A DNA stretch of 64,000 bases from assembly GCA_020891255.1 (NCBI GenBank), contig BQFW01000015.1:1488001-1552000 (forward strand), in the 5' to 3' direction. Within the stretch, counting starts at the first letter, position 1; the number at the start of each line of letters is the position of its first letter. Source of the DNA: Entomortierella parvispora E1425. Taxonomy: Eukaryota > Fungi > Mortierellomycota. The notes below the pieces were generated by a model. The model saw only the letters and a list, made by a program, of their open reading frames with translations. It had not been told where the DNA came from and ran no database searches. Shown piece by piece: positions 25,026-36,504 of this stretch. Position numbers and translations under genes: made by a program.

Positions 25026-26434
25026 TCAGAATACAATATTGAACTTGAGATTAGCGATCGCACCGTCAGCGATAGGATTAGCGGAGGAACCCTTGAAGGC
25101 ACTGACCGCCAGTGTCAATCCGGCTTTGGCTGGGAAGAATTGGCCAAGCGTGGCTGCAGAGTTGGCCTTGAGGACAATCTGGACCTCACTGACTCCCGCC
25201 ACGATCTCAAACTTTGCAATGGTGGCAATGCCCAAGACCTCGGTCGTCGAACCTGGGACCCACACCTGCAAGGCCACATCGCCAATTTGAACAGTGAGCG
25301 TGCCTGGGTTATGGATCTGGACTTTGAAACTGACCGATCCTGCTTCGATCATCGTGACCGTGGCCAATTGACCGTTGACAACACCTCCAAGGTTGTTGAA
25401 GCACGACAGGGTGGCATCGGCCGAGACCGCCACACCAGGCACTTGGAGAGCCTTCAGAGAAGGAAGTACTCCAGCTATATTAACACCACCGACTTTGGGC
25501 AAAGGAAGAGAGAGCTCGATATCGACCAGTCCACGGAGGGTGATCGTGTGACTGGAAGTTGTGGTCAACGCGTCAAGAAGAGAGATGAAAGCCTGCGTCT
25601 GGTCGGGGGCAATGGTCAAGGCCGTGGTGTCAATGTTCAGCTCAAGGTCAAACCCCGCGACCTTCACATCAGTCCAAACAGTGACGAACGCACCAACTTC
25701 TGTGGGACCGTCCTATTGAGAGAGAAAAAGTGTTCGAGAACAGATAAGGAACTATTGATGCAATAAAGACAACCTGGACTCGGGATAACTCGACGTACCA
25801 AGATCGACAGCTATTGTAAAAGTGTAAAAGTCGGATGGAAGGAGGGAGGGAAAGAAAGAGAGAGGGAAGGAGTGTGTGTTTAGTTGGCGAGATCAACGCA
25901 CCGAGGCTGCACGACATTTGTAACAAAATACAATCGAAATAGAACGTACGCGGATCAGGAGGCGGCCGATGGGGATGGCTGGGAGACCTGGAATGGGTGC
26001 GCCCTTGAGAGCTACGTTGGCGGCAGAAATCGTTGGGACCGTGCCCTCCAGGTTAAGCGTCAAGGTTGGCAATGTAATCGATTTCAAGAGCCCGTTGTCA
26101 GTCTATCATAAAAAAATAGAAAAGTCAGCGTCGTTCTTGTAGATGCTGTTCATTGTTGCACATGGTCTAGATACATTCCGCTTACCGACAGTATGGATGT
26201 GCAGCTTGGTGCAAGGCTCAGCTTAGTTACAGTGCTGAAGAGATTGAAAATCAGCATGGGTTTGGCTCATGTCAACAAAGGTAGTGAACAAGATGGACAT
26301 GGGGTCACTTACTCAAAGAGGCATTTGAGCGCTGCGGTATTATCGACCACTCGTCTCAGAAGAGAAGGACGAGCATAGATGGTGGAGGCAAGAGCGACGG
26401 CACTCGCCATCATAATCACAGATGGAAACTTCAT
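25026..26434 (-). CDS. Secreted DUF3712/LEA_2-like protein, array copy 6 (divergent)
   Basis: ATG 26434 (MKFPSVIMMASAVALASTIYARPSLLRR), microexon 25810-25799 (LSIL). Last exon has TLSCFNNLGG...HNPGTLTVQIGDVALQVW...LKFNIVF. Confidence 0.85.
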
Positions 26435-26970
26435 TGTTGGTGTTGAAGGTGGGGAGAAACAGGCGATGGAGGTATGGTTCTGGTTGAGCAAAGGAAATGC
26501 CCCCTTGTTCTCTTTTATACATCTTTGCATCTACTCCAAGAACTTCGGTGGTTTATTTTTCACCAATCAAATGAGGGAGACTCCAGGCTTCTGCAGCTGC
26601 CTTTGCAGCGATGGAAGTACTTTCAATCCCTGATATCTCCCAACGTTGGGGTCGATCCCTTTCTTTTTGACAGCGCCAATTTAGAGAAAGTCGAGGAGGG
26701 GAGAGGGGCGGATTTTGGAGAGAGAGGGGCCAAAGACGGCGCTGCCGGCATATTTTAAGGGCTTGAGCAAGGGGGTAGGATGGCAAGAGGGACTCTCGAA
26801 CTTTGAGGCTGGCGCACGTTGATCTGACGCCATGAATCATGCACCTGTTTGCAATCTTGATGTACGCATGCTGCTACACCGGCAGGGAGATGTGGTTGGC
26901 AAGATCATGGATGAACGGTCTCAATGCAATGTTTATCGTGATGTATTGCCTCAAGTATTTAATGAGTGAA

Positions 26971-29900
26971 TTATACACTATGAGAGACTATGGAAACTGG
27001 AGAATCAGGGGTCAAAGGTGCCGATGTTCTTGTTACTGCTGCAGCTGTGGCTGCCTCGTAAAACTTGACCTTTGACAGGACTGTAGAGCCACAGTCATTC
27101 AAAGGGGAGGCCGGTGTCAAAAGTCCTGAAATTTCGGCCCTACTTCTCTTGACCACTGATGACTCAGAAGGAGGGCTAATTGAAATCGACAATGGCAAAG
27201 ATTTTCGATGTGCGAGCATCCTGTCTTTGGCGCCCATCGGACCTGTAGATTCTTTTTTTGAGGCTGCCGATGTCAATAATATAGGAAGCGATGAGGACGA
27301 AACTCTTGGCAAGGAAAAGGCAATTGAACTGGTTTGATACGACTGTGCCTCGGACTCGGTGACATCCAGAGATCCCTTTGGATAGTGAATATAGAGCAAC
27401 GGCCTAGAAAGTATTCATTTTGGAATGATTAGCAAGGCTGCATCGTTTTTCTCGAAGTTCAGTTTTGACGCACTTACATTTTTGCGCTCATAAACAAGCT
27501 CAGCATTCTCCCCCTCTGTTTGGCACCATCCCGATCTTTGGCAAGAACACCCTCAGCAACGACTGCAATCACATCCGGCACGAACTGGTGCGATTCAACA
27601 ATCCGATGAATCACAGATAGCACCATGTTCAGGTTTACGGTCGCATGAGGTACTCCATCGTTTCCAATGGCGACTTCGTGCGTCTGGACTATGCAAACTA
27701 TAGCTTGTTCAGCCTGGAAGACAATACTAAAAGTTGAAGATATAGAAGTAACCATTGTTAGATCAGCGCGTGTTGTTGGAGTCGAATTAAACCTGTAGGT
27801 TGTTTCTATACGTACCACCCGTTTTGCGCGATGCTAGGATGCGATTTCTCGATAGTTTCTTCCACATCTTGAGGGAAGTGTAGCAGTCCGTTGACCTCAA
27901 AGGTTTCTCCAATAGGTCCCAAAACAAACAGAAGACTGGTGGCCTGACCCTGGTTAAAATCAGGGCGACTATAATTCCAAAGAAATCCAACTTCGCCAGT
28001 CCGGGCATATGTTATATCGTCGCAGCTTTGGCTGCTGCCCACTATGTCGGATGTTTTTGTTGCAAGCTTGGCTTGATATCGACTTGTTCCAGTGGAATAT
28101 TGGCCATATACATCGTTGATGGTAGAAACAAAGGGGGACTCGCCGATGTAAGGCTGAACGTTCGCCTCCGATGAGACCCATATCTCACCAATTTCCTGTG
28201 AAAGACAAAGTACCCTTGATTCTGGATTGACAATGGCAATAGTTGTTCCACAGACAGGCTAAAAAATCACAAACGGTATATTGTTAGGGTACAATGACGG
28301 AAGTTGATAATACATAGAGATCGAGGCAACCACTTACTATGCCACTGTCCTCGACCCATATGCCTGCCACTTCAGTAGACTCTTCAGCGTCGTTCTCCAA
28401 CACCACGATTTTTCCTTGTCGAAGAGCCTCAAGAGAGAGATACAGACGAACGGGATCGATGCACATGTAGGCTCTGGTCGAAACCATTGGGTTAATCATA
28501 TGCGAAAACATGCCATTGACCGGACGCCTGTGATATCTCGTGTGCCCGACATTGCCTGAGGTTGGCCAAGCTGATGTTGGAGCTGCAGAGAAAAAGTGTC
28601 GTTCCAACATCTGATGGACCTTGACTTGGGACCGTTCAGACTTGACAGTGATCACTGTAAAATTCTCGACTGATGAAGTGTTGGAAGACCAAGAACCAGA
28701 CGATGGCAGTAAAACCCTTTCCAGCATGGTATAATCCAAAACGGCATCTCGAACTATACATCAAGAGCAGAGGTGTCATGTGTTAAAAGTGGACATTGCA
28801 GAGCGACAAACATTCGTGTTTCGGTCATGGCCATTCCCTTCTATACCTCCATGTCGCTCAAGTGTCTCAAAGTAAACCCTTGGAGCTTTCAAAAACTCTT
28901 CATAGTCGATCAAGGTTGTCGGTGCACCAGTGTAGACGCTCATGGTACAGGATTGCAAAAATCCGAGTCCAGAGAACGATTTCCAGCAAGCCACTAATGG
29001 ATCAATATTGTCTAGTCGAAGCTGAACCTTCTGCGCTTTGCTCTGAGCCAAAAGTGTCCCGTGAGTGGCCTTGACCAGGGTCCGCCTCCTGTCGGTAGAA
29101 TAGTGAGCGAACACCACGGCATCTTGAGAATGTGCAACACCTTGCGAAGTAGCCGAAGATGGGACCGCTCTGGGTAGGTCAATAAAGCCAGACTCTTTTC
29201 CAAGCGCCTTGTCCGAACCCACTATTGGTGCTTTGCTGACACTAAGAACCACGGGAACGACGGCATCCTGTCGAGCTCCAATGCAGGCTTTGATGTGAGC
29301 TAGGGTCGATCGCAGTTTGAAGAAGTTTTCTGTTGCACTTGACCCCAGCAAAGGCCGATGTGAGACCCGCAGCTCAGTTAGCAATCCGATCAGGTGGGCA
29401 ACGTCCTCGCGATGCACTCGCTCGCTATTGACTGCATCTCCAGACAGTTGAACCGGGACTGGAATGAGTCCAAGGAACCAACAGGCGTAAACAGTGGCTA
29501 CGAATTCGATGCCGTTTGGAAACAGGAGCACAACTTTGTCACCTGCCTGGAAAACACAATTCTTCTCCAGGAACGTTGCAATCCTGACGACGAGGATGCC
29601 CAGCTGTCTGAAGGTGACTGGCACAAAGTTACTGAAACCCTGTGGCGACGGCTGCTGTATTGACCTTTGGTTGGAAGTGCTGCTTGAATCGTCACTGCTG
29701 TTGTCGCCTTTGTGGGACTTGCTGCGGCCTTTAGAATTCTTCTTTTGTAGTGACCTCGACTTCTTGCTCAAGATTTTGCTCAGACTCTTTGATTCGGCCG
29801 GGAGACTCTTGGCGGCCGCTTGTCCCAATGTGGAAACCAGTGATGACTCTGCATGGCTGGAAACGAGATATGCAACATCTTCTGGGGTGACTAGGGATCG

Positions 29901-32900
29901 CCAAACTAGCATCTCTGCGAGATTCGTAAAATGAGCCAGGTCGACATGTCTCCTGCGATCAAAAATCTCTTTTGATGACTCGCACTTTGACCACTGAACC
30001 CTGAGTGTATGCGATGTGACAGCTGCTTGTCTAGCCGCCAAAGCATCTATAGTACGTAAGAACAGTCAGTTGCAAGATTTAACGGGTGTGAACTGTGCGG
30101 GAAAGTATATCCTTTAAGCATACGTACCATTGCCCCAAATGCCGCCCAGAGGATCATCACCGACTGCACAATGAAGCAGAGTCTTGTCAGCTGCAGTGTA
30201 AAGATGTATAAGCGGCAATCCGCCCTCTTCCAGAAGTTGCCGGCACAAAACTGTGTGGACTTGCTTGCTGTCCTTGCGGGCCCGCGGAAGCGATCCTGGA
30301 GCTGCCAAGGCTATGCAGTATGGGCGCAGTCCGTAATAATCGTGCAAAGCTTGAAGCACATATTCTGACAATCGGACCACATCCTTGGAACGATCGTCCT
30401 TTTTCTGTGGAAAATGGAAAGGAGTTTCGGCGCAAATGATTGGTAAATGTTGACCATTGATAGCCAACTCCAATACTACGCTGCGGTGGAGAGGAATGTA
30501 TATGGTTAGCACAGCGCATCTGCTTACGGTCAACTGTCTCGTTTTTAGCAGTGAACTCTTACCAAGCTGCAAACCCGACAATACGCTCCAAAATTGTATT
30601 GACGATATCCGTCTTGTAGTAGTAGTCGTACTCGATCAAGCCGGTTTTCCTTTGAATAATAGGGTGTTGGACTTCCTGCCGAATCCTTTCTGTGAGTGGT
30701 CCGAAGACAACCAATTGCCCTTCAATCAGGCATCCGAGGAGCCCAGTTCGTAAGAAGTCTTTCGCAGCCGCAACACCTCTCAGCTCAGTAGCTATCGCTC
30801 TCTCCGCTGGAAGTTGAGCCTGACAAGTTACCTTCGGGAGGCTATGTAGGGTCCAGAACTCAGATGCGTGAGATGTGGCGCTGATCCAGATTTCTCCTAC
30901 TTCGTCAATCTCGCACACCGCGGTAGTTTCGGGATCTACGACGGCAATTGTTGCTAAAACATATAAAGGAATGGACATTGAACAATTGGTCCACTTGGAC
31001 TAGACGCCCGCCACTATGACCAATATCAACGCTAATCACGTACCTTGGGTAGGCATTGGACCAGAAGACTCAACGAGAATAGCGCCTCTCTCTTGAGCGC
31101 GTGCGATTGCCTCCTTTGCCACGGCGATGACTCTAATCACGTTGCTTTTGAGTGCAGCCCGGTCGAGCAAAAAGTGATGAACCTGGCTACATCTTGATTG
31201 TTGCTTTTCCAAAGGAGGTGCCATAGAGCTCCCGTCCAACAAGCTTGGCTCCCTTATACTCAAGACAATACCTCCGTATTCCGGTAAAGTTGCCATAGGG
31301 GATACGACGCAGTCAAGAGTAGAGTTTGAGGGGCTCAGTAATAAATCTGACAAGACTTCCTGTTCGAATTGACGGTGGAGTTGAGGCTGGACGGTTGTTG
31401 TATCAACCAAGAATCTCCTCAACGTAAGTTCTGTTCGGCGCTCAGCTCTGTTGTTGTGACCCCGCCGCTGTTGGTCGCTGCTGCTGTCATGATCAATGTC
31501 TTTCACATTGCCACTCTGGCAATCGTCATTCCTGATATTACTGTCGCGCGGACTTTTGGAGCTGTCCGAACTACCTGTGCTTGGTCTCCTGCTGTTGTCG
31601 TCGGAGCTGGAAGACGAATCCATGGGCGATGCCGGTAACTGTGAGGCTCCTTGAATCAAATTCCTGATCCCTTCATAATCACCAATGGCGAGAGTTGCCC
31701 CGTACCGAGCAATGCATCGAGTCCAAAGCCCACGCCTGGCTGTCGCTCCAGCGTGAAGGAATACCGTGTGATGATCGTGAAAGAGGCCCATCCATGCACC
31801 CATGATCAAACCAGCTTGCTGCCGAGGTTCAAGCCAACTCAGAACAACAGCCCTCCTAAAGGGGCTCGAGTCCCTCCTATGGCTGGGAAAAGCCTCTCTG
31901 GAAGATGCAGTAAGCGTACGCCCAATAAACTGACATTGCTCAAGGACAACAGTATGGCTCATGGTCACTCCTTCCAGCTGCCCACTTGGAGCCTTGATGT
32001 ACTCGATATACGCCAGATCCGGAAGATCAGCTCCCGCCGAGACTGTGGCGTCTTTTGTCTTGTCGCTGTGAGGGTTGTTGTTGGCATCTTGCTTTGGCTT
32101 CCATCGGACCAGATTATCCGTTTTCCACCATGCGACACCGGAGGGCCAGTCCGCGGGTGGATGCTCCCTTTGAGAGGGTGATCCGATCTCGCCTCGTGTC
32201 CACTGCTCAACCTTTGTCCGAGTTGCATCACGCCTCAGCTGATGTAAAGCCGTTGCAAAGTTCTTGGTCAAGAAACAATAGTTGTGTTCGGTCGTCAATG
32301 CGAGTGTCGCTCCTGAATTGGCCAGGATAAATGTCACATCCGAGACTTTGGATATCTCATTGATGGGCACTGCAACCATGCCCGCCATCAGACAGCCAAA
32401 GAAGGCTGCTAGGAATTCTAGCAGCTCCGCTTTTCGGTAGATGAGCGCCACTCGGTCTCCTTGCTGAAGCTGGGACTTTGTCCTCAGCATCCAAGTGATC
32501 TTTTCGGCATTGTCGTAAACGCTCTCCCATGTCCAGGAACCGATTTCGTTGCCGCGGGAGTCGACGACGGTAAACGCTAGTTGTTTCGATGTTGGTGCTG
32601 TTGCTGTAGCTGCTGATGGTGTTGCCGTGTATGAATGTTGACGGCCAGCTCGGAAGCCAAGAATGTCGATCAAGTTCGTGTTCTTGACAACTGTCTCTGC
32701 ACCTAATTTGAACGTGGAAGATAAGGCGTTGCATTCACTTTAGTCTTTCTGGGAGGATACTTCGAGCTGAGAAGGGACAACGATTCTACTCCTATTAACT
32801 CTTACCTGCCGGTTGGTGGTGCTGAAGGTTTGGAGAGGGTGCATGCTCACCTCCTTGGTTATTGGGTGGCGACAAAGCTAGAGAACGCGTACCAAGGGGT

Positions 32901-32968
32901 TGGTGCGACCCAAGAGCACGTCCAGGAGCGTAGTTAATATCAAAGAGCGCGCCTTGTGGCCTGCGCAT
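26971..32968 (-). CDS. DIP2: DIP2/Cmr2-like protein with tandem fatty acyl-AMP-ligase-like (adenylate-forming) domains, multi-exon
   Basis: Two AMP-binding-like modules: GDRVALIY..LEFLAAFFGCLMAGMVAVPI / PDLAYIEY...GVTMSH / FLRTGLLG, and GDKVVLLFPNGIEFVATVYACWFLGLIPVPV / YARTGEVGFL / GLLHFPQDVEETIE. Start reconstructed at 32968 (MRRPQG) through a phase-1 intron; start uncertain. Confidence 0.88.
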
Positions 32969-33609
32969 GTTGAACGCGAGAAGCCATCATCGGTACCTTT
33001 GCTGTAGATACTTGCGGGAGGAGACTGCAGCATGGTGGTGGGTAGGAAGAGTCAAAGGGACAAGGATGAGAATAAGGATGGGGAGGGAATGAATGAATGA
33101 ATGAATGAGGAATGAATAAAAGCAATGAACCAAATGAATGCGAGGAATGGGTGGAATGAGCCAAGGGCGAGCGCGGGAGAGAAAGAGTAAGGGACAAGAG
33201 CACCAAGACGGACTAGAAAGAAGAGGCAAAGAGACAAGCCGACCATGATGCTTTAGAGGACATGCAGGAAGGGACGACCTTGCCGATCTCCAGATAGCAG
33301 CGCATGTCCGTCCTGCTTTGCATCCATCGCCCATGGCCGCTGCTGCCTTGGGCCATGCATAGCACTCTTTGATTTATGATGCAAGCCATCCCTCGCGCAA
33401 TCTCAAAGTCGGCGGCCATCTTTCCTCTTTAAACGTGTTTGTGGGGATCAGGGAAAGGACCCGGGCAAGGCCAAGGGGGATCTGCCAAGAGAACTTGACT
33501 TGGCCAGACGAAGATGGTCCACATGGAGGAGGGTCGTCCTTGTCGCCATTTCTTGGGTCGATGCCATCAAGAATCAAGAGGAAATGGCCTGATGGCCAAA
33601 GACCACTCT

Positions 33610-33747
33610 CCGATACGGCCGATATGGCCGATACGGTCGACAGGGAACAAAACGACGATACAAACGACCGATAGCGCCCGACCGCAAGGAGGTTGTCCCA
33701 GACCATGGCAGACCAGACCATTGCAGACTAGACCATGGCAGACCATG
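33610..33747. repeat. Short tandem repeats: (CCGATAYGG)x3 at 33610-33636 and (AGACCATKGCAGACY)x3 at 33700-33744
   Basis: Read directly in the intergenic DNA upstream of DIP2. Confidence 0.8.
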
Positions 33748-34622
33748 TCGTGGGAGGAGGAGAGGCGAAGACGGAGACGGGACAGGTGCATGTGCATTCC
33801 AGGTACAAAGATGGCCATAATCACCGAGAATAGAGCTGGGATGCCCAATGACACGAAGGATGGGTCCTTCATGGCCTCATCCTCGGCGGATTCAAAAAAA
33901 TAGACCGAAGATCTCTACATGGACCACATTCCCATGCTCTGTGATGTGCACTGAATGCCCTCCTTTCGATTTGCCATGTGCCGCAGCGACAGGATGACAG
34001 GAAGGGCCGAAGGGCTCTTGAATGCACGCGATACCGCTGGTTGTTCTTTTGTTGTTCTTTTTACGGCGCCCTCTTGTTCTCTTCCCGTCTCTTCTCCTTA
34101 AAATTCTGTTCCGCTCTGACGATACGTCTGGATGTCGCAATACTCATTCCCCTTTGATCTCTTGACAGGTCCCCAACTACCCTCTTGGGCACCCCCACGT
34201 GGATACTAGATGGCCAGGCCTGCAAGGGGATTGAGAAGTAGGCTAGGAAAGATGGTAGGAAAAAAAAAAGGGACGCGCTCCAAACACTCTTCACTGAGTA
34301 ACTGAGCCGAGGGGGAAATCATAGAGTGGACTTGAACGGCTAAGACCTTGAAACTATTCAGCTTGACAGAACCTTTCGATCCCTCGGACACTGACCATGG
34401 CTTCGAGCATCGTTTATTTCTTTTGCTATGGCAGAGTTCATACCTGACGCGTGGTTGAACTGTGTCTCTATTGCAGCATATCAGTGGTTACTGCTGGCTT
34501 GGGACCACCCTCCAGCAGGATGGCAGATGTATATACAAAATGATACAAATGACAAAAAGGACAAGGACAACAAGGTCGAAACGTTCTTTATTTTTTTGTC
34601 GGTCAATTGTGGAGAGCACGCT

Positions 34623-35264
34623 TTAACTTCCTCGAAGTCGTGGAATAGAGTGAATGACAGCTCCATGTCTAATCCCATAATCCGAGAGCGTCCTCTCGTC
34701 CTCCAACTGCCTGCCTGCATAGATGAGCCGAAGTTCAATAGCTGAATACCCTGTAAGGTCTTCACATCTCTCTTTGACTTTCCACATGGTCATTGAACCA
34801 AACACCTGCAAAGTGCCTGAACTCCCGGCGATCGTTTTAACAATGATGCTGAAGCGTTGTTCCTCTACACTGCTCTGATCGATAACTGGCGACAGTGTAG
34901 ATAGCAAGCTTCGGTTTGCATCCGCCCCTTCTCGGGGTGAAGGACCGCCGTCTACGATAACATTGGTGTATGAAGGAGGGGCATCGTCAAGGGCGGTGCT
35001 CGAGGTCAAAGTGGTTGCAACAGACATGGACCTAACAGGCGCAACATTCACTCTTGGGGTCGCCTCTGTCGCAGCGGTTCTTGCTGCTCTAGAGCGGTCG
35101 ACCGAAATCTCCATCATTGGTCCCAAGAACGAGGCCACCCGGTTAGGCGACCTGACGGAGAGGAGAACCGTTCCTGGTGACGACCCTCGTTCCACTGAGA
35201 ACGAGCAGTTGCCGTCCACAGTGAACTCTGATCGATCACCTGTTTGAGACACAACAACGTTCAT
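34623..35264 (-). CDS. Ubiquitin-like-domain protein a (unrecognised N-domain + PPSY + C-terminal UBL ending LRGS), 213 aa
   Basis: Intronless. C-terminal IIVKTIAG...KVKERCEDLTG...LRLIYAGRQLEDERTLSDYGIRHGAVIHSIPRLRGS aligns to ubiquitin (LIFAGKQLEDGRTLSDYNI...LHLVLRLRGG). Confidence 0.85.
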   Translation of the reverse strand: MNVVVSQTGDRSEFTVDGNCSFSVERGSSPGTVLLSVRSPNRVASFLGPMMEISVDRSRAARTAATEATPRVNVAPVRSMSVATTLTSSTALDDAPPSYTNVIVDGGPSPREGADANRSLLSTLSPVIDQSSVEEQRFSIIVKTIAGSSGTLQVFGSMTMWKVKERCEDLTGYSAIELRLIYAGRQLEDERTLSDYGIRHGAVIHSIPRLRGS

Positions 35265-35511
35265 GTCTAAAGGAGTGTAGGTGGTGACCGTGGGTGTTGT
35301 TGTCGATGTTCCTGGTGGTGCTGTGGGAAAGAAAGAGAAGAGAGATAAACCATGGCAAAGAAGGAAGACCAACGAATTCATGCAACACCCCCACCTTTGC
35401 CCTCGACAGGGTCGACATCACATGGACCCCTGTCCTTGGGCTGTGCACCAAGGATGCACTGTCCATCCATGGACTGTTTTATTTCTTTTTTTGTTTCCCA
35501 CAGCTCCTCTG

Positions 35512-36078
35512 TCAAGACGAACGACCGACGATCTCGGCCCCAGGGCCGATCTTGTAGAACCCTAGCGAGGCCCCTTTCTGAGCAAGATCGACGCCCCTGT
35601 AGAAGAGCCTTGGCGGACACATCTGGCTGGCGTCCAAGATTCTTCTCCGGAGTATAGCTACAGTGTCCGAGGCAGATACATTCACAACAACAATTTGGGG
35701 CGGATCTTGGATCCTGACCGAAATCTCAAAGTGCGCCTCCTGCCTACTGATACTCGCTCTATTGGATGTCCTTGAACCAAGTGAAAGTCTGTTCAAAGAG
35801 AGGTTGTTAGGAGACAAGGGTGAAGATGGTTGTGTCGACGTTGTGGATGATAGCACAGGCGAAAGTGGCAGCTCTGGTGGGACGACCGGTGCGATTTGAA
35901 AATCGATCGCATCGCCCGAGACGGCGATGGACCCATCGTCAAACCCGAGGAGCAGTGTGGTCATGGTGGGTCCGGGTCCTGGTTCCAGATTAATGTTGTA
36001 CGCGGATGAGAGGGTAAGACTCAGCCTCTTTGTGTTGGGCCCTGTTCGGATCGTGATCGTGATGACGGACGCCTCCAT
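35512..36078 (-). CDS. Divergent ubiquitin-like-domain protein b, 188 aa
   Basis: Intronless. C-terminal FEISVRIQD..IVVVNVSASDTVAILRRRI...RLFYRGVDL..KGASLGFYKIGPGAEI has the UBL pattern; N-terminus resembles copies a and c (ITIRTGP...GDAIDFQI). Confidence 0.7.
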   Translation of the reverse strand: MEASVITITIRTGPNTKRLSLTLSSAYNINLEPGPGPTMTTLLLGFDDGSIAVSGDAIDFQIAPVVPPELPLSPVLSSTTSTQPSSPLSPNNLSLNRLSLGSRTSNRASISRQEAHFEISVRIQDPPQIVVVNVSASDTVAILRRRILDASQMCPPRLFYRGVDLAQKGASLGFYKIGPGAEIVGRSS

Positions 36079-36504
36079 GGTGGTTGGTGATAGCAGTTGA
36101 ACTGGAGGGAAAAGAAACAAAGATAGTAGGACCCACAAGGATGCGGTTTTGATCTGGTGGAGCACTGCCGCAGAGGGGCATGCCATGGACAAAAGGAAGC
36201 TTGTGACTGCCAGCTCAAGTTCAAAAAAAACACGCGCCTTTCGACCTATTTTCATCGAGTGGGAAAAGAGAGACCTTCCAATAGCTCTTTATTGCAGTCC
36301 TCAAAAGACCTCGACTATGGTGTTGATCCAGGGTCCACTCGGGACGTGAACGTACCATCCCACCTTCGATGTTCACTCTGATCTGGAAGGACAAAGGGAC
36401 GACAAAAGAGAAAACAAAGATCGTCAAAGTCTCTGTTGTTCCCGTGTGAAAAACAACAAAGGGGGACACAAACAGTATTATTTTATTCGTTTTGTACCTC
36501 GTTT

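Noticed and set aside
13705-26434. Array as pseudogene decay or transposon-derived repeats
   Set aside because: All six copies have intact starts, splice sites and frames; no transposase, RT, TIR or LTR signatures.
33567-33872. 101-aa ORF with VCHGL repeats
   Set aside because: Produced by the 15-bp non-coding tandem repeat; no homology pattern or splice support.
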